Shown one piece after another: positions 17,227 through 26,001 of a stretch of DNA of 32,000 bases (positions are counted from its first letter, which is position 1; the number at the start of each line of letters is the position of its first letter). The DNA lies in contig SHMX01000005.1 in assembly GCA_008080745.1 (NCBI GenBank), forward strand, positions 1 to 32,000, written 5' to 3'. The notes under the pieces were generated by a model. That model saw only the letters and a program-made list of their open reading frames with translations, did no database searches and was not told the DNA's origin. The DNA is from Candidatus Thorarchaeota archaeon (lineage in GTDB: Archaea > Asgardarchaeota > Thorarchaeia > Thorarchaeales > Thorarchaeaceae). The position numbers were made by a program, and so were the translations under genes.

Positions 17227-18018
17227 CTAGATGAGCGCAGGAATACCGAAGATTATTGCTACGGTTCCAAGAACTATACAAAGCTTCCAAAAACTTACCT
17301 TCTTAGCCAAACGGAGAAGAACCTCCATTGATGCCAGACCAACAACAAATACGATTATCTCGATAACTACAAGATCCCCAATAGGCACAGGCAGAGGTGC
17401 TTCTCCAATAATCACATCCAGAACAAAAATACCTAGTACTGCCGGGACGCTCATCAGGAAACTGAATGTCATTGCTTCCTCCTTCTCAATCTTCTGCATG
17501 AGAAGAGCTGATATTGTAATTCCGGATCTACTCAAGCCAGGTAAGACTGCAAAACCTTGAGCCAGTCCTGCAAGTAGTGATTGTCTGTCCTCAGGTTCTT
17601 CAACCTGGTCAATGACCTCCTCCTCAGAATGTCGAGTTGGAAGATAGAGGAATAGAGCTGTCACAAATAACAGACCCCCCACAAAGATATTGATAATTTC
17701 TCCATGAAAAATCGTGAGAGTTTCTTTGAGAAATATGTATAATGGAATTGCAGTCATCGCAGTACCACAGGTTGCAATTAACAGACTTCTTACTAATTTT
17801 CGGTCTTGAATACTTATGATATTCAGAATGGTTCTGGGATATCGAACGATGACAGCCAATGTTGTTCCCAAATGAAGCCAGACAACCAAGGTCAGCATGC
17901 TTTCCATTGGTATGGTTGCAAAATTGTATACGTAGAGGACTGCTTGCCCCTCGCTACTGATTGGTAACCATTCAACGAGTCCTTGAATCAGTGCTACAAT
18001 GATTTGCCATGGCTCCAT
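17227..18018 (-). CDS. uppP: Undecaprenyl-diphosphate phosphatase (BacA/UppP family)
   Basis: QGLVEWLPISSEG, HLGT, QGFAVLPGLSRSG and FSFLMSVP motifs. Confidence 0.93.
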   Translation of the reverse strand: MEPWQIIVALIQGLVEWLPISSEGQAVLYVYNFATIPMESMLTLVVWLHLGTTLAVIVRYPRTILNIISIQDRKLVRSLLIATCGTAMTAIPLYIFLKETLTIFHGEIINIFVGGLLFVTALFLYLPTRHSEEEVIDQVEEPEDRQSLLAGLAQGFAVLPGLSRSGITISALLMQKIEKEEAMTFSFLMSVPAVLGIFVLDVIIGEAPLPVPIGDLVVIEIIVFVVGLASMEVLLRLAKKVSFWKLCIVLGTVAIIFGIPALI

Positions 18019-18091
18019 GTTGTTTTCCTCTTATTTTGAGGCGAAGTCCCCAAGACTTAAAAGATTCCGTTAGAGGCTGCGCATTGAAGTT

Positions 18092-18763
18092 GTGGATACA
18101 ATGGTTCTAGATAACGGTCGCTATATTAGCTCTGAAATGGGTAATATTACTCAGATGTTAGAGGAACACTTCAGAACTGCTCTTTCAATCAATAAGATGG
18201 TCGTAAATGCCGTATCTGAATGGTTAGAGGAAGGAAAGGTCCTAGAACAGGATACTCTTACCAAGTTGACTGAGCTAGAAGTGAAAGGTGATCAGCTAAA
18301 ACGCAAGATTTTACACGAACTTGCCAACGCCACAACCCTCATGCAACGGGAAGATTTGCTCCGTCTTGTTCATTATAATGACAAACTAATTGATGGTGCA
18401 GAAATTGCTGGCTATCACTTAGCAGCCATGATGGACAAATGGGCGCCAACTGGTGCTCTACGAGCAAAAGTAATCGAATTAGGCAAGCTGTTCATCTCCG
18501 AAATCAAAGAACAGAGAGAAGCTGTACGTTTTCTATCCATCAATATGGTAGAGTCTATGAAACGTGCTGATGCAATCTGCAACATAGAGAAAGCTCTTGA
18601 TGTACTACAACGAGAGATACTAACACTTCTCTACTCTGAAAAGATTGATCTAGCTATTCTTCTTCGCTTTCGTGATTTCCTCAATACAATTGAAGAGCTG
18701 GCTAATCTTGGTGAGGATGCAGCAATCACCATTAGAAGCCTTTCTTTGACCCTTAATTCATAG
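18092..18763 (+). CDS. DUF47 / PhoU-like phosphate transport regulator family
   Basis: LEVKGDQLKR, REDLLRL...DKLID, EKALD and EELANLGEDAA in two helical repeats. Confidence 0.8.
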   Translation: MDTMVLDNGRYISSEMGNITQMLEEHFRTALSINKMVVNAVSEWLEEGKVLEQDTLTKLTELEVKGDQLKRKILHELANATTLMQREDLLRLVHYNDKLIDGAEIAGYHLAAMMDKWAPTGALRAKVIELGKLFISEIKEQREAVRFLSINMVESMKRADAICNIEKALDVLQREILTLLYSEKIDLAILLRFRDFLNTIEELANLGEDAAITIRSLSLTLNS

Positions 18764-18776
18764 TTGGTGTTTCTTA

Positions 18777-19343
18777 GTGGGAAACACTCCAGAAGAAACT
18801 CCTATCGCAAAATTCACACTCGATAGGGCTGTAGTCTGGAATCCAGAGGACGGTATGCATCTTTATGCCAATGGCTATTTCGGTCAACCTGTAGGCATAA
18901 GAAAACCCAAGTCACCTGAATTTGACAAGCCTCTCGAATTATCTCTTGTTGAATGTGCTTATCTGGTGAAAAAGGGCGAACTAAAGGTTCATGCTATTGA
19001 TTCTGAAAAGGAATTGACGGTTGATGATGTTATTGAGGCAGGATTAGCCATAGACAAGGAGTTCAAAGAGCGTCTTCAAGTCTATACAGAACTTCGCACT
19101 CGTGGATATGTTGTTCGTCCGGGTTTAAAATTCGGTACTGACTTTTCCGTCTATGAAAAAGGTCCTGGTCTTGACCATGCCCCCTTTCTAGTTCATGTCA
19201 TTCCTCAACGAATGGGCGTTGTGCCTCTTGACATTGTTAGAGCGGGTCGTCTTGCTACTAGCGTGCGAAAAAAATTCCTGATTGCTACGATAAAAGATAA
19301 TGGACAAATTGTCTATTATTCGTTTATTTGGCATAGACCATGA
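18777..19343 (+). CDS. endA: tRNA-intron endonuclease catalytic subunit
   Basis: LSLVECAYL, RGYVVRPGLKFGTDFSVY, GLDHA and RLATSVRKK motifs (Tyr/His/Lys triad present). Confidence 0.95.
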   Translation: MGNTPEETPIAKFTLDRAVVWNPEDGMHLYANGYFGQPVGIRKPKSPEFDKPLELSLVECAYLVKKGELKVHAIDSEKELTVDDVIEAGLAIDKEFKERLQVYTELRTRGYVVRPGLKFGTDFSVYEKGPGLDHAPFLVHVIPQRMGVVPLDIVRAGRLATSVRKKFLIATIKDNGQIVYYSFIWHRP

Positions 19344-19440
19344 CATCATCATCACTTTTTTAACGAACCACTAGCAAGACAAATAAAGGCTGAATACATC
19401 AGTCTCTTATCCCTCATCTAGCCCACGAGGTAGATTCCTA

Positions 19441-19758
19441 ATGGCAGACAAGGCAGAGAACGCAAAGACCTTTGGAGCACTATTAGCTCAGGCATGGGAG
19501 AATACTCCTTCCTTCATCTGTAGCAATGATTACTATATTTACTGCCTATTTCCCGCAGATGATTCGAAGGCAGAATGGATTGAAGCTTCAATCACCTTCC
19601 CGGATGGCTCTTTAGACAAGAAGGACATATCCGCTTCAAAAGCGATTGCACTTCTTATTGAAGAGCTCAAATTATTGCCGACTTATGGTGCGGACACAAT
19701 AGTAACGTCAAAGGCCAAATTAGATCAAGTCGCCGTCAGACTCGGCACTTTGACATAA
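19441..19758 (+). CDS. Hypothetical protein
   Basis: Clean 105-aa ORF with a GAGGT RBS. Confidence 0.7.
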   Translation: MADKAENAKTFGALLAQAWENTPSFICSNDYYIYCLFPADDSKAEWIEASITFPDGSLDKKDISASKAIALLIEELKLLPTYGADTIVTSKAKLDQVAVRLGTLT

Positions 19759-19828
19759 ATACAAAGTCTAACCTATATACTTGATAGGTCTCCAACCTAT
19801 CCAAACTTGGTAATGGGAGAGTAACCCG

Positions 19829-20641
19829 ATGTCAAAGGCCCTCATCGTGTGTCGGAAATGTGGCCGGGAGGTCCCCGATGGACGATTTTGTAAGTTCTGC
19901 GGTAATCCTCTGGAAACAGAGGAACATATAGCTGTAGAGGATACTGGGTCCGACTTGGTAACGGACTTGAAAACAGATGAAACCTCAATGGATGAAACTC
20001 ACGAAGTATCCCTTCCCGAGTTCGATATTGAGGTGGATGGCATGGATCATAGATCCTTGGCATCCATTCTTTCTAGGTCGGAGCTTGATGTTCTACAATC
20101 TGATCTTGACTCGATTATTGAGCAGACTCAGGCAATTCGACAAGCACTCAATCTGGACCATGCTGACAAAGCATTGCTCAAGTCACGAGCAGAGGATCTC
20201 AAGATTCACTTTGATGCAACTAAAATACGTCGAGCTGAACTATCTGATTTTGATTCAAAGCTAAAGATGGAAGAAAGTTCAGAACGTTTAGCGAGAGAAC
20301 AGACGCGCCTTGAAAAATTAGAAGAGATAAAACCATCTCTGGACTCTGAAGTATACAAGGAACAGCGAGAAGAAATTTTGGTTAGCATGAAAGCGTTTCG
20401 CCACGAGCTTGAGGCACTGGTAAAGACTGGAAAAGCTTGGAGAAAGGCTTTGGCTAAGAAACGCAAAGAGATTGAACGCAATCTAAATCGTCTCGAAGCC
20501 AAACATAAAATTGGTGACATCTCTGATAGTCATTATGAGAGTTCAAAACGACACATTGAACGCTCAATAAGGATTCTTGATGGTGGGTTTAGAATACTTG
20601 AGGAGGTAATAGAATCAGCTGAGCAAACCCTGAAAGCTTGA
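19829..20641 (+). CDS. Zinc-ribbon + CdvA-like coiled-coil protein
   Basis: CRKCG...CKFCG, then coiled coils with repeated (G)xISxxxY-type motifs (SLDSEVYKEQ; KIGDISDSHYES). Confidence 0.6.
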   Translation: MSKALIVCRKCGREVPDGRFCKFCGNPLETEEHIAVEDTGSDLVTDLKTDETSMDETHEVSLPEFDIEVDGMDHRSLASILSRSELDVLQSDLDSIIEQTQAIRQALNLDHADKALLKSRAEDLKIHFDATKIRRAELSDFDSKLKMEESSERLAREQTRLEKLEEIKPSLDSEVYKEQREEILVSMKAFRHELEALVKTGKAWRKALAKKRKEIERNLNRLEAKHKIGDISDSHYESSKRHIERSIRILDGGFRILEEVIESAEQTLKA

Positions 20642-20666
20642 GCTGAACAAACTGGAGTGAACTAAG

Positions 20667-20978
20667 ATGAGCACTCTTCCAGAATGTACTCCCCTATGTA
20701 GGAAATTTAAGTGTGAAAAACAACCTAGTGCCCTGAAAATACGCAAACAAGGCGGTAAAAAAATAATTTGGTGTACTTGGGTTGATGATGAATGTGATGG
20801 CCCATTCTGCAAGTTTGGAGCCTGTGCTATACGCAAGATGACCATGGATGGTTATTGTAAACGCGTAAAGAAAAAAGCTGAACCCGATGATCTTGATTAT
20901 GTAGATGACCATGATGTTCCAGCAGACGATACTATACCTAAGAAGTATGCAAAGAAAATCCGGACTAAGGGAAAATAG
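20667..20978 (+). CDS. Cys-rich putative metal-binding hypothetical protein
   Basis: Eight Cys (CTPLCRKFKC...WCTWVDDEC...CKFGAC...C); basic composition. Confidence 0.7.
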   Translation: MSTLPECTPLCRKFKCEKQPSALKIRKQGGKKIIWCTWVDDECDGPFCKFGACAIRKMTMDGYCKRVKKKAEPDDLDYVDDHDVPADDTIPKKYAKKIRTKGK

Positions 20979-21055
20979 ACTTCCAGGGCAAGCTTAGTCT
21001 TGCCCAAATCTCTATAAGTGAGACTAATCTGCATCAGCTTGTTAGGTGACATAAG

Positions 21056-21181
21056 TTGTTTGAAGAAATCCGTTCTGAGATGAGAGCTCTCATTGCTTTT
21101 ATGATTGGTATCTCTCTATTGGGAATAGGCCTTCTATTAGAACAGGCACTGTTTGCCATCGAATTTCTAGGCCCCCCATAG
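21056..21181 (+). CDS. Small 41-aa single-TM protein; absent from the ORF track
   Basis: AGGTGA RBS at 21044-21049, TTG start, MFEEIRSEMRALIAFMIGISLLGIGLLLEQALFAIEFLGPP*. It fills the gap between two same-strand genes. Confidence 0.55.
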   Translation: MFEEIRSEMRALIAFMIGISLLGIGLLLEQALFAIEFLGPP

Positions 21182-21192
21182 AGCTAATCTGA

Positions 21193-22194
21193 GTGATTCC
21201 TTTGAAGTCATTAGATACGATTATTAGTCTACTTCGGGACTTCGATGGAATCTCAAGGAAGTTTGTGATTCCAAATATAATTCATAGATTACGCGATTGC
21301 TCCTACAATGGTGACCTACCTCATTCATTAGGAGAAGATTCAGCAGCAATCGGAACTGATTGTGATGATTTTGTTCTCTTGACCACTGATGCAATAGTTG
21401 AGGAATTATGTGTCAACCATCCTCAGGCTGCTGGATTCAATGCAGTTCTTGCAAACATAATGGATATCTATGCTGCTGGGGGAGTTCCTACCTCTTTCGC
21501 TGTAGCGCTTTCATATTCTGATGCACATTTAGGAGATAAGCTTCTACAGGGTTTGATTGATGGTTCTCATACCTTTCGTGTACCGATTGTACGTGGTCAT
21601 ACGAATCCCTCGTCCTCTTCTACCTATATTGTTGGGTCTGCAACTGGTACTGTGAATAAAGAAAACATCTTGACTGCGGGTGGAGCTGAAACCGGAGACC
21701 ATCTGGTGTTACTTTTCGACCCCAAAGGTCATCGTGGGGAGCACTACCAATTAGGTTGGGACGCTGTTACGGGGAGAGATTCAAAAGAGGTCATCAAGCG
21801 TCTTTCTCTAATGAATGTAATAGCAGAGGAACACCTCGTTCATGCAGCAAAGGATGTTTCTGTTGCTGGGATGGTGGGGACCGCAGGTATGATGTTGGAA
21901 TACTCTGGTAGGGGTGGCATTGTGGATATCGATATAATTGACAAACATCGTCCTGAATCGGTGAATCTGGTAGATTGGTTGCGAATGTACATCTCCCTGG
22001 GTTTTCTAGTTGCAGTTTCTCCGGAAAAAGCAGCTCGTTTATCGGAATTGGCTCAGGAACATTCACTATTTGCCGTGATTATCGGTACGGTTGATGACAC
22101 TCAAAAATTATGTCTGAAAACAGGAACTGAGAAACAGGTCATGTTCGATTTCTCGGGAGGTCCATTATTGACTCCCCGTAGAACAAATAAATGA
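21193..22194 (+). CDS. AIR-synthase (PurM)-like protein, methanogenesis-marker-2/sll0787-like
   Basis: GISRK, GEDSAAI, TTDAI, NIMDIYAAGG, GGHT-like RGHT and AAKDVSVAG motifs. Confidence 0.8.
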   Translation: MIPLKSLDTIISLLRDFDGISRKFVIPNIIHRLRDCSYNGDLPHSLGEDSAAIGTDCDDFVLLTTDAIVEELCVNHPQAAGFNAVLANIMDIYAAGGVPTSFAVALSYSDAHLGDKLLQGLIDGSHTFRVPIVRGHTNPSSSSTYIVGSATGTVNKENILTAGGAETGDHLVLLFDPKGHRGEHYQLGWDAVTGRDSKEVIKRLSLMNVIAEEHLVHAAKDVSVAGMVGTAGMMLEYSGRGGIVDIDIIDKHRPESVNLVDWLRMYISLGFLVAVSPEKAARLSELAQEHSLFAVIIGTVDDTQKLCLKTGTEKQVMFDFSGGPLLTPRRTNK

Positions 22195-22224
22195 TAAGTC
22201 CGTCAACGTTATAATGGGTCACTG

Positions 22225-22461
22225 TTGATAAAACCTGAAGTGGCTAACGTGTCGAAGAAAATTTGTAGCATTACTGGATGTGAAAAACCGTCAAAACGAT
22301 CCTTCTCGACTTCACGCATTGGCGAGAGTATAACTAATGCTGGTCTTCAGATTAAGGACGCCCGGGCACGCAAGGCATATCTCTGTCGAGAGCATTGGAA
22401 GCAAGTGAAGAAACATTACAAAAAAGACACCAAAGCAGAACGATTGCGTTGGGGTCACTGA
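22225..22461 (+). CDS. Small basic putative Zn-binding protein
   Basis: CSITGC...YLCREHWK; Lys/Arg-rich. Start may be GTG 22240 or 22249. Confidence 0.7.
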   Translation: MIKPEVANVSKKICSITGCEKPSKRSFSTSRIGESITNAGLQIKDARARKAYLCREHWKQVKKHYKKDTKAERLRWGH

Positions 22462-22508
22462 TTAGATCCGAATGAATCCCTGGTCTTCTCAGTATAGAAG
22501 GTGATGAG

Positions 22509-22847
22509 ATGACCGATGATATTTCCTCCGATTTGCAGCCAAATTATAAGTTATGGCTGGAGCACAAGGGAGAATATGTATTTGGCCCTGGAGCATATGC
22601 TATTCTTTCAAGTATTGACCGAGAAGGTACCATCACAAAGGGTGCCGAGGCATTGGGAATGTCTTACCGATATGCCTGGGGTGTGGTAAAGAAAATCGAG
22701 AAAAAATTAGGTCTCCCACTTTTAGAAACCTTCAAGGGTGGTACTGTAGGTGGCGGGGGTGCAGTGGTCACAGAATATGGAAAACAACTGATGGAAATGT
22801 TTGTCCGGGTCAAATCAGAATTCGATCGAGTAATTGAAGACCAATAG
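22509..22847 (+). CDS. modE: ModE-type winged-helix transcriptional regulator (HTH domain only)
   Basis: KLWLE...FGPG..ILSSID.EGTI..GAEALGMSYRYAW...GG..GGGA motif. Confidence 0.85.
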   Translation: MTDDISSDLQPNYKLWLEHKGEYVFGPGAYAILSSIDREGTITKGAEALGMSYRYAWGVVKKIEKKLGLPLLETFKGGTVGGGGAVVTEYGKQLMEMFVRVKSEFDRVIEDQ

Positions 22848-22880
22848 CTTTTTTCATAGTTCTAAATAAAAGGAATTGAT

Positions 22881-22910
22881 GGTTGCCATTGCTATATACG
22901 ATTGGCAACC
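22881..22910. terminator. Hairpin between convergent modE and the Fe-S membrane protein gene
   Basis: GGTTGCCA / TGGCAACC 8-bp stem, extendable with bulges; preceded by a T-run. Confidence 0.5.
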
Positions 22911-22926
22911 AATCTAGTTTTGTCCC

Positions 22927-24003
22927 TTATCCAAATTTAATCTGGATGGCACCATTGGGGCAATGGCTAACACATTCAAGACAAAGAATACATTCTGGAG
23001 AATGAACATGTGAATATGGGAATCTTCTGATTCTTATGTTCATTGGACAGACCACTTCACACTTGTTACAGATATCCGGTGTGCATTTTGCTGGATTCCT
23101 TCCAATTCCAATCAATGAATCTCTACCAACTAATCCATATAGCCAACCAGCAGGACACAGCCAACGGCAGAACCATCGTGGGAACCACAAGGAAACAATT
23201 AGTATGATTCCAACAAATGCAAGTTGGACTAGAAAGATTCCCCACGTTGATATATACCAAAGAGTTTCGATACTTGTTGGCCAGGGCTGTTCAGGGGCAA
23301 GTTTGAACAGTATATATGCAGGATTTACTGGATCAAAAGCGGCAAATGCAAATATCCCCAACGCGTCAACAAGATTCTCTGCTGAATTTTGAATTACGCT
23401 AATAAACATCCAGACTGCAAGAAACATGACGATGAAGAAGATATATCCCTTAACACGTCGTAATTCTTCTTCGGTATTTGGGGCGGGACGAACCTTGTTA
23501 GGGTTAAGTAGAGATACATAGTCCTGCATTGTTCCTATTGGACATACCCAACCACAAGCAGCTCGTCCGAGTACGGCAAGAATGATTATCATTGCGCCCA
23601 AGGTGAAGAATGGAAATATTCCTGCAGTGAACTCTCGTTGTATTGTATCAAATGAACCTGCTATTATTGCAAAGGGCGCCTCAAGGGGAGCAATAATGGG
23701 CAGGGTTGGCAACACATTTCTAAATTGTTCCCAGAATAACGTGACTTGTTCGGCTCCAAACCAAGCCGTGAAGATATATCCATTAATTGCAAAGAGGAAG
23801 AATAACTGAACTAGTCTACGGACCATCCGAATATTGACTATTTTTGAGAGCGGCCACGGTATTCTACCTTTGACTTTGCGTTTCTTATCTTCTTTCTTCT
23901 CCTTTTTCGGAGCACTCTCTTTCTTTTTGGTTTTGGTCTCTTCGGATTTGGCTTCTTCGCCAATCTGCTCGGACCTTTCGCCTTCCTCTGACATAGCAAT
24001 CAA
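22927..24003 (-). CDS. NapH/MauN/YccM-like 4Fe-4S-binding membrane protein
   Basis: GRAACGWVCPIG and RWFCRWLCPAG (CxxxCP), TM helices, C-terminal CNKCEVVCP and CILCLECVSHCP. Start may be ATG 23994. Confidence 0.88.
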   Translation of the reverse strand: MIAMSEEGERSEQIGEEAKSEETKTKKKESAPKKEKKEDKKRKVKGRIPWPLSKIVNIRMVRRLVQLFFLFAINGYIFTAWFGAEQVTLFWEQFRNVLPTLPIIAPLEAPFAIIAGSFDTIQREFTAGIFPFFTLGAMIIILAVLGRAACGWVCPIGTMQDYVSLLNPNKVRPAPNTEEELRRVKGYIFFIVMFLAVWMFISVIQNSAENLVDALGIFAFAAFDPVNPAYILFKLAPEQPWPTSIETLWYISTWGIFLVQLAFVGIILIVSLWFPRWFCRWLCPAGWLYGLVGRDSLIGIGRNPAKCTPDICNKCEVVCPMNIRIRRFPYSHVHSPECILCLECVSHCPNGAIQIKFG

Positions 24004-24098
24004 TCTCGCCTAAGGCGTTCCTGCCGCGAAAACCTGAACCAGTATTAAAAACATTGTGTTGAGTGTGGTTTGCTCGTAGAGTCTGTCTAACTAGATTA

Positions 24099-24509
24099 TT
24101 ATGCCACTGGTTGGAAGTTAATTATTATTTCTTCATTAACAAGCCTTACAGTTAAGAAATACAGACCTGTTGAACTAGGTGGTATTAACTCAATACTATG
24201 TGAATATGTTTCAGTCCATGTTATTGTTTGCAAATCATTCTTCTGGAATGTTATCATGAGTGTTGATTCTGAAGAACTCAAAGAAATTCCAGTTGGAACC
24301 GAGATCTGCAGAGTCGTATCATTGGAAATTCCTCTATCAGTACTGTTTACTATACTGTGTACTTTTCCAGCAAAATCCTCTGCAGCCTCTAATTGGCTTG
24401 CATTATTCAGAGTGTCCATGGCGTAAAGCAGCACGGGCACTCCTACCAATACTGCCGTGGTCAAACCTACTGCGATTAGCATCATTTTCTCTAATGAACG
24501 TGAAACCAT
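24099..24509 (-). CDS. Hypothetical protein with one N-terminal TM helix (surface/pilin-like)
   Basis: AGAGGA RBS before ATG 24509; hydrophobic MMLIAVGLTTAVLVGVPVLLYAM followed by a beta-rich domain. Confidence 0.6.
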   Translation of the reverse strand: MVSRSLEKMMLIAVGLTTAVLVGVPVLLYAMDTLNNASQLEAAEDFAGKVHSIVNSTDRGISNDTTLQISVPTGISLSSSESTLMITFQKNDLQTITWTETYSHSIELIPPSSTGLYFLTVRLVNEEIIINFQPVA

Positions 24510-24600
24510 AATCCTCTGTATTACTTCCCGCCTCATAAACTACTCTCTTATTCACTAAGGTTTTTACTGGAGTAGGTACTCCTTCATATGAGTGATATTC

Positions 24601-26001
24601 ATGAAATCCTCTTCCCAACCTATACATATCCATATCGGGCTTGTAGGTCATATCGATCATGGGAAAACTGAATTAGCTCGTGCACTAAGTGAGAAAGTTT
24701 TCACAGCAGGTCTTGACCGACATCCGCAAGCACAAAGAAGAGGTATAACTATCGATCTTGGATTTACCATGTTCAATCTTGGTAAGTATATAGTGACCCT
24801 AGTTGATGCTCCTGGTCATGCTGATTTGATACGAAGTGTCGTTGCTGGTGCCAATATCATTGATGCCGCTATTTTAGTAGTTGCAGCCGATGAAGGCCCC
24901 AAGATTCAGACTGGAGAACATATTGTTATTCTGAAATCGATGGGAATCTCAAATATTTGTATTGCAATTACGAAATGTGATTTAGTGAATGAAGAAAAAC
25001 AAGACCATGTCGAATCTCAAATGCGCAAAATTTTCCGGTCTATTGGTATAAAGGATATTTCGATCGTTCGTTTATCTGCAAAGACGGGCACTGGGATTGA
25101 GAAGCTCAGAGAAACGCTACTAAAGATAATTGAACCCAAACTACGTCTTACAGAAGAACCCTTTTCATTACCTATTGATCATGCCTTTTCTGTACGAGGG
25201 CATGGTACAGTCGCAACGGGCACAATTCTTAGTGGGTCCATTGAAATTGGTGATTCAGTGGAGCTCATGCCTCATGGCATTCTCACCAAAGTACGGACAA
25301 TTCAGACATTTGGTGTTAGCCGTGAATCCGCTCAAGCAGGTGATAGAGTTGGTATCAATATACCCGACATCAAATCCGAACTTGTCAGTCGTGGGGATTA
25401 TCTCAGTTGGCCCGGAACGATGAAAAAAGTTAATCGGGTTGTTGTTAGAATAAAACGCAATGAACTATACCGGAATAAGATTACTAGGGGCATGACCATA
25501 GGTGCCACAATAGGAATGCCAACTATCACTGCAAAACTGATTCCTTTTGCTATTGAGGGCAGGAAGAATCTCATACTTGCTGAAACTACTGCTGATACTT
25601 TTGATGCTTTGTTGCTTTTGAAACAGAATATCACTGTACAGAAAAGAATGAACGTGCTACTTCTTCGTACTGATTTACCACCTAATAGCATGCGTATTAT
25701 AGGGTCTGGTGAAATTCTATCCTTTGATGAGTCGATGATTTTTCACAGGAAACGAGTTCGTAAAGGACGTATCTCTAGGATTCGTGAAGAAGATGTTCTG
25801 GTTGAGGGTCTTGCGAGTCGGAAAGAGACTGCTCAGAAATTAAACGGGTATTCTGTACACACTCCGACGGGCGTAGATGGCATCCTTAAAACCTCCTTTG
25901 GCACCCGCGGAGTAGTATCTGCAGTCTTTGATAAGGAGGTTCATCTTGATGATGAGGTCATTCTTGAACAAATTACAGAGGAAGATGTAACACATGAATA
26001 A
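24601..26001 (+). CDS. selB: Selenocysteine-specific elongation factor SelB (archaeal/eukaryotic type)
   Basis: GHIDHGKT, RRGITIDLGF, DAPGHADLI, TKCD, IDHAF and GDRVG motifs; short domain IV (..FGTRGVV). Alternative start GTG 24592. Confidence 0.95.
   Translation: MKSSSQPIHIHIGLVGHIDHGKTELARALSEKVFTAGLDRHPQAQRRGITIDLGFTMFNLGKYIVTLVDAPGHADLIRSVVAGANIIDAAILVVAADEGPKIQTGEHIVILKSMGISNICIAITKCDLVNEEKQDHVESQMRKIFRSIGIKDISIVRLSAKTGTGIEKLRETLLKIIEPKLRLTEEPFSLPIDHAFSVRGHGTVATGTILSGSIEIGDSVELMPHGILTKVRTIQTFGVSRESAQAGDRVGINIPDIKSELVSRGDYLSWPGTMKKVNRVVVRIKRNELYRNKITRGMTIGATIGMPTITAKLIPFAIEGRKNLILAETTADTFDALLLLKQNITVQKRMNVLLLRTDLPPNSMRIIGSGEILSFDESMIFHRKRVRKGRISRIREEDVLVEGLASRKETAQKLNGYSVHTPTGVDGILKTSFGTRGVVSAVFDKEVHLDDEVILEQITEEDVTHE

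Noticed and set aside
21193-22194. SelD (selenophosphate synthetase) or HypE
   Set aside because: No N-terminal Cys/Sec-x-x-Lys SelD motif, no upstream in-frame UGA extension resembling SelD, and no C-terminal PRIC of HypE.
22890-22900. ModE operator (GCTATATACG)
   Set aside because: Only a half-site, lying between convergent 3' ends inside a terminator-like hairpin rather than in a promoter.
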